Of a stretch of 20,000 nt of DNA, positions 1 through 7,659 are shown piece by piece (within the stretch, counting starts at the first letter, position 1; each line of letters begins with the position of its first letter). A program made the position numbers and the translations under genes. The stretch is taken from sequence record SRR22947727_820, one strand, 5' to 3'. Below the pieces are notes generated by a model. That model was not told the DNA's origin, made no database searches, and was given only the letters and a program-made list of their open reading frames with translations.

Positions 1-39
1 GTAACTTTTGTAAGCGCTAATTGCCTGATCCCAATTCAT
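1..39 (-). CDS. xerD: 5' end of a gene running off the left edge; probable tyrosine recombinase XerD (partial)
   Basis: Reverse complement of 1-39 reads ATG AAT TGG GAT CAG GCA ATT AGC GCT TAC AAA AGT TAC = MNWDQAISAYKSY, open to the edge and preceded by an A-rich tract. It resembles flavobacterial XerD N-termini (MxWxxAxxxYxxYL) and sits divergent to aroQ as I recall for that family. Only 13 codons are visible. Confidence 0.5.
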   Translation of the reverse strand, partial: MNWDQAISAYKSY

Positions 40-108
40 TTTTTAAAAATAAGATTGTTTTGTCTGCTATACAAGGAATTATACAAATGCTCGCTAATCC
101 TTTTTTTA

Positions 109-116
109 TATATTTG
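109..116 (+). promoter_or_regulatory. Bacteroidota housekeeping-sigma -7 box (TATATTTG) for aroQ
   Basis: Exact TAnnTTTG match ending 3 nt before the aroQ ATG at 120. No clear -33 TTTG. Confidence 0.55.
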
Positions 117-119
117 GGC

Positions 120-533
120 ATGAGAATTTGCATTATAAACGGTCCTAATTTAAATTTATTAGGCAAAAGAGAGCCTAGTATATACGGGAATAGTTCCTTT
201 GAAACCTATTTGGAAGACTTGAAAAAAGGTTTTCCTCAAGTAAGTTTTGACTACTTTCAATCTAATATTGAGGGCGAGATTATAGACAAACTTCACCAGT
301 TGGGATTTGATTATGAAGGGATTGTTCTCAATGCTGGGGCTTATACCCACACTTCGGTGGGCATAGCCGATGCCGTTAAAGCCATTTCCACTCCAGTAGT
401 AGAAGTACATATATCCAATACCCACACCAGAGAGACTTTTAGACACCTGTCCTATATTTCACCAGTTGCAAAAGGGGTCATTCTCGGTTTTGGCATGCAA
501 AGTTATCAATTGGCTGTACAGAGTTTTTTATAA
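120..533 (+). CDS. aroQ: Type II 3-dehydroquinate dehydratase
   Basis: Motifs NGPNLNLLGKREPSIYG, FQSNIEGEIID, NAGAYTHTS and EVHISNTHTRETFR. Homology begins at ATG 120 (MRICIING), so the TTG at 21 is not used. Confidence 0.96.
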   Translation: MRICIINGPNLNLLGKREPSIYGNSSFETYLEDLKKGFPQVSFDYFQSNIEGEIIDKLHQLGFDYEGIVLNAGAYTHTSVGIADAVKAISTPVVEVHISNTHTRETFRHLSYISPVAKGVILGFGMQSYQLAVQSFL

Positions 534-538
534 GAATT

Positions 539-587
539 ACTACCAAAAAAAAAGGCGCCCCTAAGGGGCGCCTTTTTTTTTGGTAGT
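539..587. terminator. Bidirectional intrinsic terminator between convergent aroQ and lpdA
   Basis: Perfect 23-bp inverted repeat ACTACC-A9-GGCGCCCC / TAA loop / GGGGCGCC-T9-GGTAGT, giving a GC stem plus U9 tail on both strands. Confidence 0.93.
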
Positions 588-594
588 GCATATT

Positions 595-1986
595 TTAAAT
601 GTGAATGACCTCATCATAAGCAGCAGCAACTGCTTCCATAACAGCCTCACTCATAGTTGGATGTGGGTGAATGGTTTTTAAGATCTCATGGGCTGTGGTT
701 TCTAATTTTCTTGCTACAACAGCTTCTGCAATCATATCTGTAACCCCTGCACCAATCATATGACAACCCAGCCACTCTCCGTATTTGGCGTCAAAAATAA
801 CTTTTACAAAACCTTCTGGAGTTCCTGAAGCCACTGCTTTTCCAGAGGCTGTAAACGGAAATTTCCCTACTTTAATATCCAAACCTTTGTCTATTGCTTG
901 TTGTTCTGTTAGACCAACAGAGGCAATTTCAGGACTAGAATAAGTACATCCAGGGATATTGCCGTAGTCTAGAGGATGCACCTCCATACCGGCTAATTTT
1001 TCTACACATAAAATACCCTCAGCAGAAGCCACATGTGCTAATGCAGGACCAGCAGTAATGTCTCCAATAGCATAGTATCCAGGAATATTAGTCTGATAAA
1101 AGTCATTGACTAAAACTTTATCTCGGTCTGTAGCAATTCCAACATCTTCTAAACCAATATTTTCAATATTGGTTTTAATACCCACCGCAGAGAGTACCAT
1201 ATCTGCTTCCAGAATTTCTTCTCCTTTGGCCGTTTTTACAGTGACAATAACCCCTTTTCCAGTAGTGTCTACTTTAGTTACTTCAGAAGAAGTCATTACT
1301 TTAACTCCAGCTTTTTTAAAACTTTTTTCTAACTGAATAGAAATGTCTTTATCTTCTACAGGGACAATATTTGGCAGGTATTCTACTACAGTCACGTCTG
1401 TTCCCATAGCGTTGTAGAAATAAGCAAACTCAATACCTATTGCTCCACTACCTACAACGATTAATTTTTCAGGCTGTTTGTCTAAGGTCATGGCCTGTCT
1501 GTAACCAATAATTTTTTTACCATCTTGTGGTAGGCTAGGAAGTTCTCTAGACCTAGCTCCTGTAGCTATAATGATATTATTGGCAGTGTATTCAACGGCC
1601 TTTCCATTAGCGTCTGTAACAGCTATTTTTTTACCAGGGAGCACTTTTCCATGGCCATTGATCACTTCAATTTTATTTTTCTTTAGTAAGAACTGTACGC
1701 CTTTACTCATGGTTCCAGCTACATTTCTACTTCTTTTTACCACAGCGTCAAAATCTTTATCTACCCCTGAAGCCTTTAGACCGTAGTCTTCTGCGTGTTG
1801 AAGGTATTCAAAAACCTGAGCAGATTTAATCAGTGCCTTAGTAGGAATACAACCCCAGTTAAGGCATACACCTCCTAGATTTTCTTTCTCTACAATAGCA
1901 GTTTTAAACCCTAATTGAGAAGCTCTAATGGCTGTAACATAACCTCCAGGTCCACTTCCTAAAACAATAACATCAAAATGACTCAT
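595..1986 (-). CDS. lpdA: Dihydrolipoyl dehydrogenase (E3)
   Basis: FAD-binding GSGPGGY, redox disulfide GGVCLNWGCIPTK, NAD-binding GSGAIGIE and C-terminal HPTMSE; 463 aa. Confidence 0.96.
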   Translation of the reverse strand: MSHFDVIVLGSGPGGYVTAIRASQLGFKTAIVEKENLGGVCLNWGCIPTKALIKSAQVFEYLQHAEDYGLKASGVDKDFDAVVKRSRNVAGTMSKGVQFLLKKNKIEVINGHGKVLPGKKIAVTDANGKAVEYTANNIIIATGARSRELPSLPQDGKKIIGYRQAMTLDKQPEKLIVVGSGAIGIEFAYFYNAMGTDVTVVEYLPNIVPVEDKDISIQLEKSFKKAGVKVMTSSEVTKVDTTGKGVIVTVKTAKGEEILEADMVLSAVGIKTNIENIGLEDVGIATDRDKVLVNDFYQTNIPGYYAIGDITAGPALAHVASAEGILCVEKLAGMEVHPLDYGNIPGCTYSSPEIASVGLTEQQAIDKGLDIKVGKFPFTASGKAVASGTPEGFVKVIFDAKYGEWLGCHMIGAGVTDMIAEAVVARKLETTAHEILKTIHPHPTMSEAVMEAVAAAYDEVIHI

Positions 1987-2018
1987 GATAATGATTTTGG
2001 TAAAAATTTATAGCGGCC

Positions 2019-2026
2019 CAAAGTTA
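2019..2026 (-). promoter_or_regulatory. -7 box (TAACTTTG) upstream of lpdA
   Basis: Exact TAnnTTTG on the minus strand about 32 nt upstream of the lpdA ATG. Confidence 0.55.
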
Positions 2027-2052
2027 CAAAACCAATCTGAAAGCTTCTAGCC

Positions 2053-2466
2053 TTATTTTGTTGTTTTTTCAGGAACAAAAATCAAGCAGACAGAATTAAT
2101 GCAATAACGCTCGCCGGTAGTGTCCACAGGGCCGTCTTCAAAAACATGTCCCAAATGTGAATTGCAAGCAGCACAGCGAGTTTCTACACGCCGCATACCA
2201 TGGCTGTGGTCTTCTATATATAATACAGCTCCTGGAATAGCGGTGTCAAAGGCAGGCCAGCCACAACCACTGTTGTATTTATGGCCACTTTCGAAAAGTT
2301 GTGTATCACAAGCTGCACAGTGGTAACTGCCTTTTTCAAAGTGTTTGTCATATAGTCCAGTGAAAGGATATTCAGTACCGTTTTGTCTTAATACCCTATA
2401 CGCCTCTGTAGAAAGTTTTTCTTTATACAGGTCTTCAGATTGCTCTTTTGGGAATGTTGCACTCAT
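2053..2466 (-). CDS. msrB: Peptide-methionine (R)-S-oxide reductase, cytoplasmic copy
   Basis: GTEYPFTG, two CxxC zinc motifs (CAAC, CAAC), SGCGWPAF, HLGHVF.DGP and RYCINS. Start placed at ATG 2466 (MSATFPK), 1 nt after the upstream msrB stop. Confidence 0.93.
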   Translation of the reverse strand: MSATFPKEQSEDLYKEKLSTEAYRVLRQNGTEYPFTGLYDKHFEKGSYHCAACDTQLFESGHKYNSGCGWPAFDTAIPGAVLYIEDHSHGMRRVETRCAACNSHLGHVFEDGPVDTTGERYCINSVCLIFVPEKTTK

Positions 2467-2467
2467 A

Positions 2468-2938
2468 TTATTTTGCGTCAGGAACAAACGCTAGTGCAGC
2501 GCCATTAATACAATGCCTTAGGCCAGTAGTGTTTTTTGGTCCATCAGTAAATACATGACCCAAGTGCCCCCCGCATTTTAAGCAGTATTCCTCAGACCTT
2601 GCGTATCCCACTTTGTAATCAATTCCATACCCCACATTTCCCTTCACTTCTCTGTCAAAAGAAGGCCAACCAGTACCAGAGTCAAATTTGTGCTCACTTT
2701 TAAATAATGGTGTATTACAGGCTTTACACACATAGGTGCCTTTTTCTTTAATTTTCAGTAATGGGCTAGTAAAAGGCCTTTCTGTACCTTGTTCCCTGAG
2801 GACATAAAATTCTAGGTCAGATAAGGTGGCTTTCCATTCTTGGGCTGTTTTAATCACGTCGTATTGATTTACTGCGCGTTGCGCATAAAATGAATGACAT
2901 GTCAAAAGCAATAATCCTAGTAGTAAAGTATTTTTCAT
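2468..2938 (-). CDS. msrB: Peptide-methionine (R)-S-oxide reductase with N-terminal signal peptide (exported copy)
   Basis: MKNTLLLGLLLLTCHSFYAQ signal-like N-terminus; GTERPFTS, CKAC and CLKC, SGTGWPSF, HLGHVF.DGP, RHCING. Confidence 0.93.
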   Translation of the reverse strand: MKNTLLLGLLLLTCHSFYAQRAVNQYDVIKTAQEWKATLSDLEFYVLREQGTERPFTSPLLKIKEKGTYVCKACNTPLFKSEHKFDSGTGWPSFDREVKGNVGYGIDYKVGYARSEEYCLKCGGHLGHVFTDGPKNTTGLRHCINGAALAFVPDAK

Positions 2939-3048
2939 TTTTTATTTTAAAGGTACATAAAATTTAAAATCTATTCTTTGGTCAAGGCCTTGATAAGGTT
3001 AGATTCATCCATACCTCATATCAAAATCATTTAAGTTCTATCCTCATT

Positions 3049-3063
3049 TCAAAAAGAGTGCCA
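3049..3063 (-). promoter_or_regulatory. Putative sigma54 (-24/-12)-like element upstream of the msrB pair
   Basis: Minus strand reads TGGCAC-TCTTT-TTGA. It matches TGGCAC-N5-TTGC with correct spacing except at the last base. Confidence 0.45.
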
Positions 3064-3222
3064 AATTTGCAAATGGTAGAAATTTTAAGCTGTTTTTTGA
3101 GACTCTGGCTATAATTGTATATTAGCAAAGTACTAGTGTGATGTAAAAGTCAATTAAGTGAATGCTTAAGATGTTTTTTATGGCGCTAAAAAAAATGAAG
3201 AAACCAAATACCAACCCAATAT

Positions 3223-4533
3223 ATGAGCGCTATTGCAGAGAAAGGAAGTAAAAAAATATTGTTTGCATGGGCTTTTTATGATTGGGCCAATTCTGTATAT
3301 AGTCTGGTCATTTCTTCTGCGATTTTCCCCATTTTTTACGGTGCGCTATTTCGTATGGAAGGGATTGAAAAAGTATTGGTATTTGGGGTAGAAATAGCCA
3401 GAGCACCTCTGATCAGTTATGTCACTTCAGCTGCATTTTTATTTATAGCCATCCTCACGCCAATCCTCTCAGGAATAGCAGATTACCTTGGGAATAAGAA
3501 AGTTTTTTTGAAGTTTTTTTGTTACCTGGGAGGGCTTTCATGTATAGGGCTTTATTGGTTTTCTCTAGAGCATATTTACACCTCATTATTACTCTATTTT
3601 ATGGGACTGGTGGGGTTTTGGGTTAGTTTTGCTTTTAACAATTCTTACCTTCCAGATATTGCTTTTCCAGAGCAACAAGATAGTATTAGCGCAAAGGGTT
3701 TTTCATTGGGTTATATAGGAAGTGTTATTCTATTGCTATTTAATTTGGCCATGGTCATGCAGCCAGCACTATTTGGAATTGAAGACCTTACCGAAGCTCC
3801 AGCAGCCATCACTGCCATGAAATATTCTTTTGTGACTGTTGGAATTTGGTGGATCATTTTTAGCCAATACAGTTTTTATTATATGCCCAAGGGAAATAAG
3901 AAAGACGGGCCTGCAGTAAACTTACTTTTCAATGGTTTTAAAGAACTTAAAATGGTTTGGAATCAATTGGGTTCTCAGCCAATGCTAAAAAAATATTTAC
4001 TGGCTTTTTTTGTTTATAGCATGGCCGTACAAACTGTAATGCTTATTGCGGCTTATTTTGGAGAAGAGGAAATAGCTTGGGGGTCAGACGATCAAAGAAC
4101 CATTGGCCTAATCAGTAGTATACTTCTCATTCAATTGGTGGCCATTATAGGCGCAACAATCACCGCAAAGGCCTCTGAGAAATTTGGAAATATCCCCACC
4201 TTGATTGTGGTCAATGCACTGTGGTTAATGATTTGTGTCTATGCTTATTTTGTGGTTTCTCCCACTGAATTTTATATTGCTGCAGGATTGGTTGGAATGG
4301 TCATGGGAGGGATTCAAGCGCTTTCCAGATCTACCTACGCCAAACTTATGCCAGAAACCCAAGACACCACCTCTTTCTTTAGTTTCTACGACGTAGCAGA
4401 AAAGATAGGAATTGTCTTTGGGACCTTTATTTATGGGGCACTTGCACAAGGAAGTGGTGACCTTAGAAATGGGATTATTATGTTTGGTGTTTTTTTCTTG
4501 GTAGGTGGATTATTACTCAGAAGGGTAAAATAG
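3223..4533 (+). CDS. MFS transporter, UMF1/Atg22-like family; substrate unknown
   Basis: About 12 hydrophobic segments; family-type motifs AWAFYDWANS, PILSGIADY, NSYLPDIA, SAKGFSLGYIGS and QALSRSTYAKLMP. Confidence 0.88.
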   Translation: MSAIAEKGSKKILFAWAFYDWANSVYSLVISSAIFPIFYGALFRMEGIEKVLVFGVEIARAPLISYVTSAAFLFIAILTPILSGIADYLGNKKVFLKFFCYLGGLSCIGLYWFSLEHIYTSLLLYFMGLVGFWVSFAFNNSYLPDIAFPEQQDSISAKGFSLGYIGSVILLLFNLAMVMQPALFGIEDLTEAPAAITAMKYSFVTVGIWWIIFSQYSFYYMPKGNKKDGPAVNLLFNGFKELKMVWNQLGSQPMLKKYLLAFFVYSMAVQTVMLIAAYFGEEEIAWGSDDQRTIGLISSILLIQLVAIIGATITAKASEKFGNIPTLIVVNALWLMICVYAYFVVSPTEFYIAAGLVGMVMGGIQALSRSTYAKLMPETQDTTSFFSFYDVAEKIGIVFGTFIYGALAQGSGDLRNGIIMFGVFFLVGGLLLRRVK

Positions 4534-4536
4534 GGT

Positions 4537-5259
4537 TTAATAACCCGTGACGTCTCCCGAGCCAGACACTTTTGAGACTACTTTTTTAGGATTTCCTTTG
4601 TATTGAATATCACCAGAGCCAGATACCTTGGCATTTAAAGTGCCACGCACTGTTACTTTAACATCTGCAGATCCAGATACTGTAACTGTGGCGTTTTCTA
4701 CAGCTACACCATATGCATTCAAATCTCCTGAACCAGATATTTTTACTTGTAAGTCTTGTGCGCTTCCAGTAAGTTTCATGTCTCCAGAACCAGATACTTG
4801 CACCACTAAGTTGGTGGCGTCTATATTTAAAGAAATATCACCAGATCCTGACACAGCAGCATTAAAATCTCTTGCCGCTAAAGTAATTTCTGAGCTAATA
4901 TCCCCTGAACCGGATAATTTAACGGCTGCTATTTCAGTAACAGGCACTTCAATGGAAATAGATTTATTGCAAGAGCTACTTAGGTTAATATTGTCTTTTA
5001 CCTTTAAAACCAATACATTGTTTTTTACGGCCACTTCAATATACTCTAAAAGATTTTCTTCTCCTTTTAGGATAATGTCTCCTTCTTTACCCTGAACCAA
5101 TTGCACGTCAAAAGATCCAGAGACTGAAACTTTATCATAGTCAGCTGTTTGCCTGGTTTGTGTAATGGTGTTGCCATTCCCTTTAATTCTCTTCCACCAC
5201 TGTGCATTCACTGAGGTTCCAAGTAAAATCATTGCGATTAATAAGATGCTTTTTTTCAT
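4537..5259 (-). CDS. Exported head-GIN (DUF2807-like) beta-repeat protein
   Basis: Signal peptide ending in AQ; IKGNGN and GEENLL motifs; repeated (V/L/I)SGSGD units roughly every 19-23 aa. Confidence 0.85.
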   Translation of the reverse strand: MKKSILLIAMILLGTSVNAQWWKRIKGNGNTITQTRQTADYDKVSVSGSFDVQLVQGKEGDIILKGEENLLEYIEVAVKNNVLVLKVKDNINLSSSCNKSISIEVPVTEIAAVKLSGSGDISSEITLAARDFNAAVSGSGDISLNIDATNLVVQVSGSGDMKLTGSAQDLQVKISGSGDLNAYGVAVENATVTVSGSADVKVTVRGTLNAKVSGSGDIQYKGNPKKVVSKVSGSGDVTGY

Positions 5260-5361
5260 AATTAAGAGACTATAAATTTGTTTTGCCTTGCTGTAATTAA
5301 ATCCAAGACTGTTATTTTATGGGTATTTATTGAACACATTTTAGCGGCTTGTTTTCTAGGC

Positions 5362-6465
5362 TTATTTTTTTGTAAAACTCAATCCGCCGTATTTACTCAG
5401 TATTTGAATGTGATTTTTGCTGTTTGGGTTTTTGTAGTAGCCTTTGTAATAACGCTCACTCGATTTTTCTTTAGAGACAGACATCTCAAAAGCATCTGTG
5501 CCACTAACACCTGCGTATTTGGTTTCAATTTCAAAAGTAAAATGATAGTCTGCATGGTACCCAATCTTTATGCCTGTATAATCAGAACTGATGTTTAGGC
5601 TTCCTGCGTCTGCTGCCATTTCTGCTATTTTTACGCTTCCATAATCTGCATCTATTGACACATTTCCATGAAGGATACCAAGTTTGGTGCTAAAATAGTC
5701 GCCCACTCCATTTACATCATTGGCCTCCTCTACTTCTATACTTCCATAATCTGCGTCGTAACTTAAATTGTCCATTTGATTAATGCTTATGGATGAATAG
5801 TCTGCATTAATATTTAAATCGCCCGCTTTTTCAATAGTCATCCCAGAGTAATCCGCTTCTATATAGGCTTTCTTTACATAGGCAATAGTAGATTTAGAGG
5901 TGTAGTCAAAATTGAGTTCGTTTTTATTTCCATTGAGTGATCCAATCTCTAGTCTGCCATAATCACAATGAATCTTTGCGTCTCCATTGATTTGATCAAT
6001 GATAATGCTTCCGTAATCATTTTCTAAATCTACACTGTTAGAAATTGGCATTTTAATGCTGTAATGAACAGATAGGTTTACATTGTTATTGCCCCAATTC
6101 CAACTCCAACCACTTCTTTTATTGTTAAAAATTGTTTTGGCAGAGACCATACTGCTACTAGACATAAAATCTATGTCTACCCCTTCAATTTTTTCAATCA
6201 CACGGTCTTCATCACTGCCTTCTGCTTTAATGGTAATGACCATTTCGATTCTATTCTCGTTCCAACTGCTGATACTTACATTACCATAAGCGTTGTCAAT
6301 TTTCATGAGTGCGTCTGCATTTACTTTGAAGTTCTTCTTAACCACCCTTTCTTTTTCATACCTAAAGGGGTTTTTTTCGTACTTCTCATGGGTGTTGGCC
6401 CACATGAAAGCAGGAAAAATCAAAGCGATTAAAAGTGTTTTAATATTTTTTTTATAGGTTTCCAT
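5362..6465 (-). CDS. Exported beta-strand-repeat (DUF4097/adhesin-like) hypothetical protein
   Basis: Signal-like N-terminus; IDNAYGNVSISSW motif and about ten xxxDY(G/S/T)xxxI repeats, consistent with a beta-solenoid. Confidence 0.75.
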   Translation of the reverse strand: METYKKNIKTLLIALIFPAFMWANTHEKYEKNPFRYEKERVVKKNFKVNADALMKIDNAYGNVSISSWNENRIEMVITIKAEGSDEDRVIEKIEGVDIDFMSSSSMVSAKTIFNNKRSGWSWNWGNNNVNLSVHYSIKMPISNSVDLENDYGSIIIDQINGDAKIHCDYGRLEIGSLNGNKNELNFDYTSKSTIAYVKKAYIEADYSGMTIEKAGDLNINADYSSISINQMDNLSYDADYGSIEVEEANDVNGVGDYFSTKLGILHGNVSIDADYGSVKIAEMAADAGSLNISSDYTGIKIGYHADYHFTFEIETKYAGVSGTDAFEMSVSKEKSSERYYKGYYKNPNSKNHIQILSKYGGLSFTKK

Positions 6466-7081
6466 CTGTGTGTTCTTTTATAGCGTTAATGGTGTTTATT
6501 TGATGCATGACTTCTTCTAATAATTCTATTCTTGTGGTATAATTTTGTACCATGGCCTGAAGGATTAATTTGGTATTACCTCCATTGATCATAGCGGCCT
6601 CCATTTCTTTAAAACGGCCATCTAATTTTGAAATTTCCTTAAAAGCTTTGTCTATATGGGGTTTGGTAAGCGGGCTGCTTTGTTGTTCAATTTCCTTAAC
6701 AGCAATGGCTATTAAGCCAGGATAATACTGATTAATAGCAGCTGTTTCTGGCGCAAAAGAGGCAATTTTTGTTTGTGTGGCCTGACTGTGTGCGCCCCAT
6801 TGAAACGCCCCAAATAAAATAGCAATACTTGCGGCTAAACCCAGCAGACGTTTGGTGTTTTTGCGCCAAACCAATTTCAGGCTGGCCTTTGAAGGGATGG
6901 TTTCTTGGTCAGGAATTTTATTCAGACCTTGCGCATTTTGTAGCTCCCTAATAAGGTTTTTATTTTCAATAGTTGTTTCTGAAAGTTTATCTAAAAAACG
7001 ATTTTCGTGGCCTTCTAGCGGTTTTTTGCCGTGAAGGGCTTCTGGGGCCGAATCTAAAATTTGTTTTATATATGTTTCCAT
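6452..7081 (-). CDS. Putative single-pass anti-sigma factor
   Basis: Overlaps the 3' end of the ECF sigma gene. N-terminal PxxGHxxRFxxKL segment, one TM helix (LLGLAASIAILFGAFQWG) and a helical C-terminal region. Function inferred from position and topology. Confidence 0.65.
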   Translation of the reverse strand: METYIKQILDSAPEALHGKKPLEGHENRFLDKLSETTIENKNLIRELQNAQGLNKIPDQETIPSKASLKLVWRKNTKRLLGLAASIAILFGAFQWGAHSQATQTKIASFAPETAAINQYYPGLIAIAVKEIEQQSSPLTKPHIDKAFKEISKLDGRFKEMEAAMINGGNTKLILQAMVQNYTTRIELLEEVMHQINTINAIKEHTDGNL

Positions 7082-7638
7082 AATGGATGTGTTTCTAATT
7101 TTTTTTTCAGTTGTTCTTTTGCCCTAGAAAAAGTAGTCCTACAATTGCTGCTACTGATATCTAATAGTTCAGAGACCTCCTCATGGGTCAAACCCTCTAT
7201 AAGGTGTAAGGTCAGTGAAATGCGGTAATTTTCTTTTAAACTGCCTATAGTCTCTAGGACCAATGCGGCTTTTTTTTCGTTGTCTTTTTGGTTTGTAGCA
7301 TCGGCCAGAGGCCCAGGAATGCTATAAATTTCTTCTTCTAAACTAATAGTGTCTTGTTTTTTTTGTTTTCTAAATGCAACTATCGCTTTGTTAATGACAA
7401 TTTTTTTTAACCAAGCCCCAAAAGTCACTTGACCGCTGAATTGATCTAGCTTTTTGAACGCACTAATAAAAGCTTCCTGCATGACGTCTTCTGCTTCATG
7501 CGCTTCTTTAACAATACGCCAAGCTACGTTGTACATGGCTTTATGGTACTGCTCGTAAAGCGCGAATTGTGCTTTGGCGTCTCCATGAAGACAGTCTTTA
7601 ATCAGGGGCGTAATATGTGTGGGCTCTGGAAGGCTCAA
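7066..7638 (-). CDS. ECF-type RNA polymerase sigma-70 factor
   Basis: Region 2 (AQFALYEQY, AEDVMQEAFISAF, FGAWLKKIVINK) and region 4 (LKENYRISLTLHLIEGLTHEEVSELL...SRAK). TTG start at 7638 or 7644. Confidence 0.92.
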   Translation of the reverse strand: MSLPEPTHITPLIKDCLHGDAKAQFALYEQYHKAMYNVAWRIVKEAHEAEDVMQEAFISAFKKLDQFSGQVTFGAWLKKIVINKAIVAFRKQKKQDTISLEEEIYSIPGPLADATNQKDNEKKAALVLETIGSLKENYRISLTLHLIEGLTHEEVSELLDISSSNCRTTFSRAKEQLKKKLETHPLWKHI

Positions 7639-7659
7639 AAACAAGCTTATTTATTAGTA

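Noticed and set aside
21..119. 33-codon N-terminal extension of aroQ from TTG 21
   Set aside because: No dehydroquinase similarity; it overlaps the divergent gene start and spans the -7 box. ATG 120 fits the family.
3096..3125. Possible MFS promoter TTTG-N18-TATATTAG
   Set aside because: The -7 box has a mismatch and the spacer is short. Plausible, but too weak to list in AT-rich DNA.
4628..5095. 155-aa plus-strand ORF with PEPD repeats
   Set aside because: Antisense shadow of the SGSG repeats in the GIN-domain gene.
5278..5598. 106-aa hydrophobic plus-strand ORF
   Set aside because: Mostly antisense to the 367-aa gene, TTG start and no recognisable motif; hydrophobicity follows from T-rich sequence.
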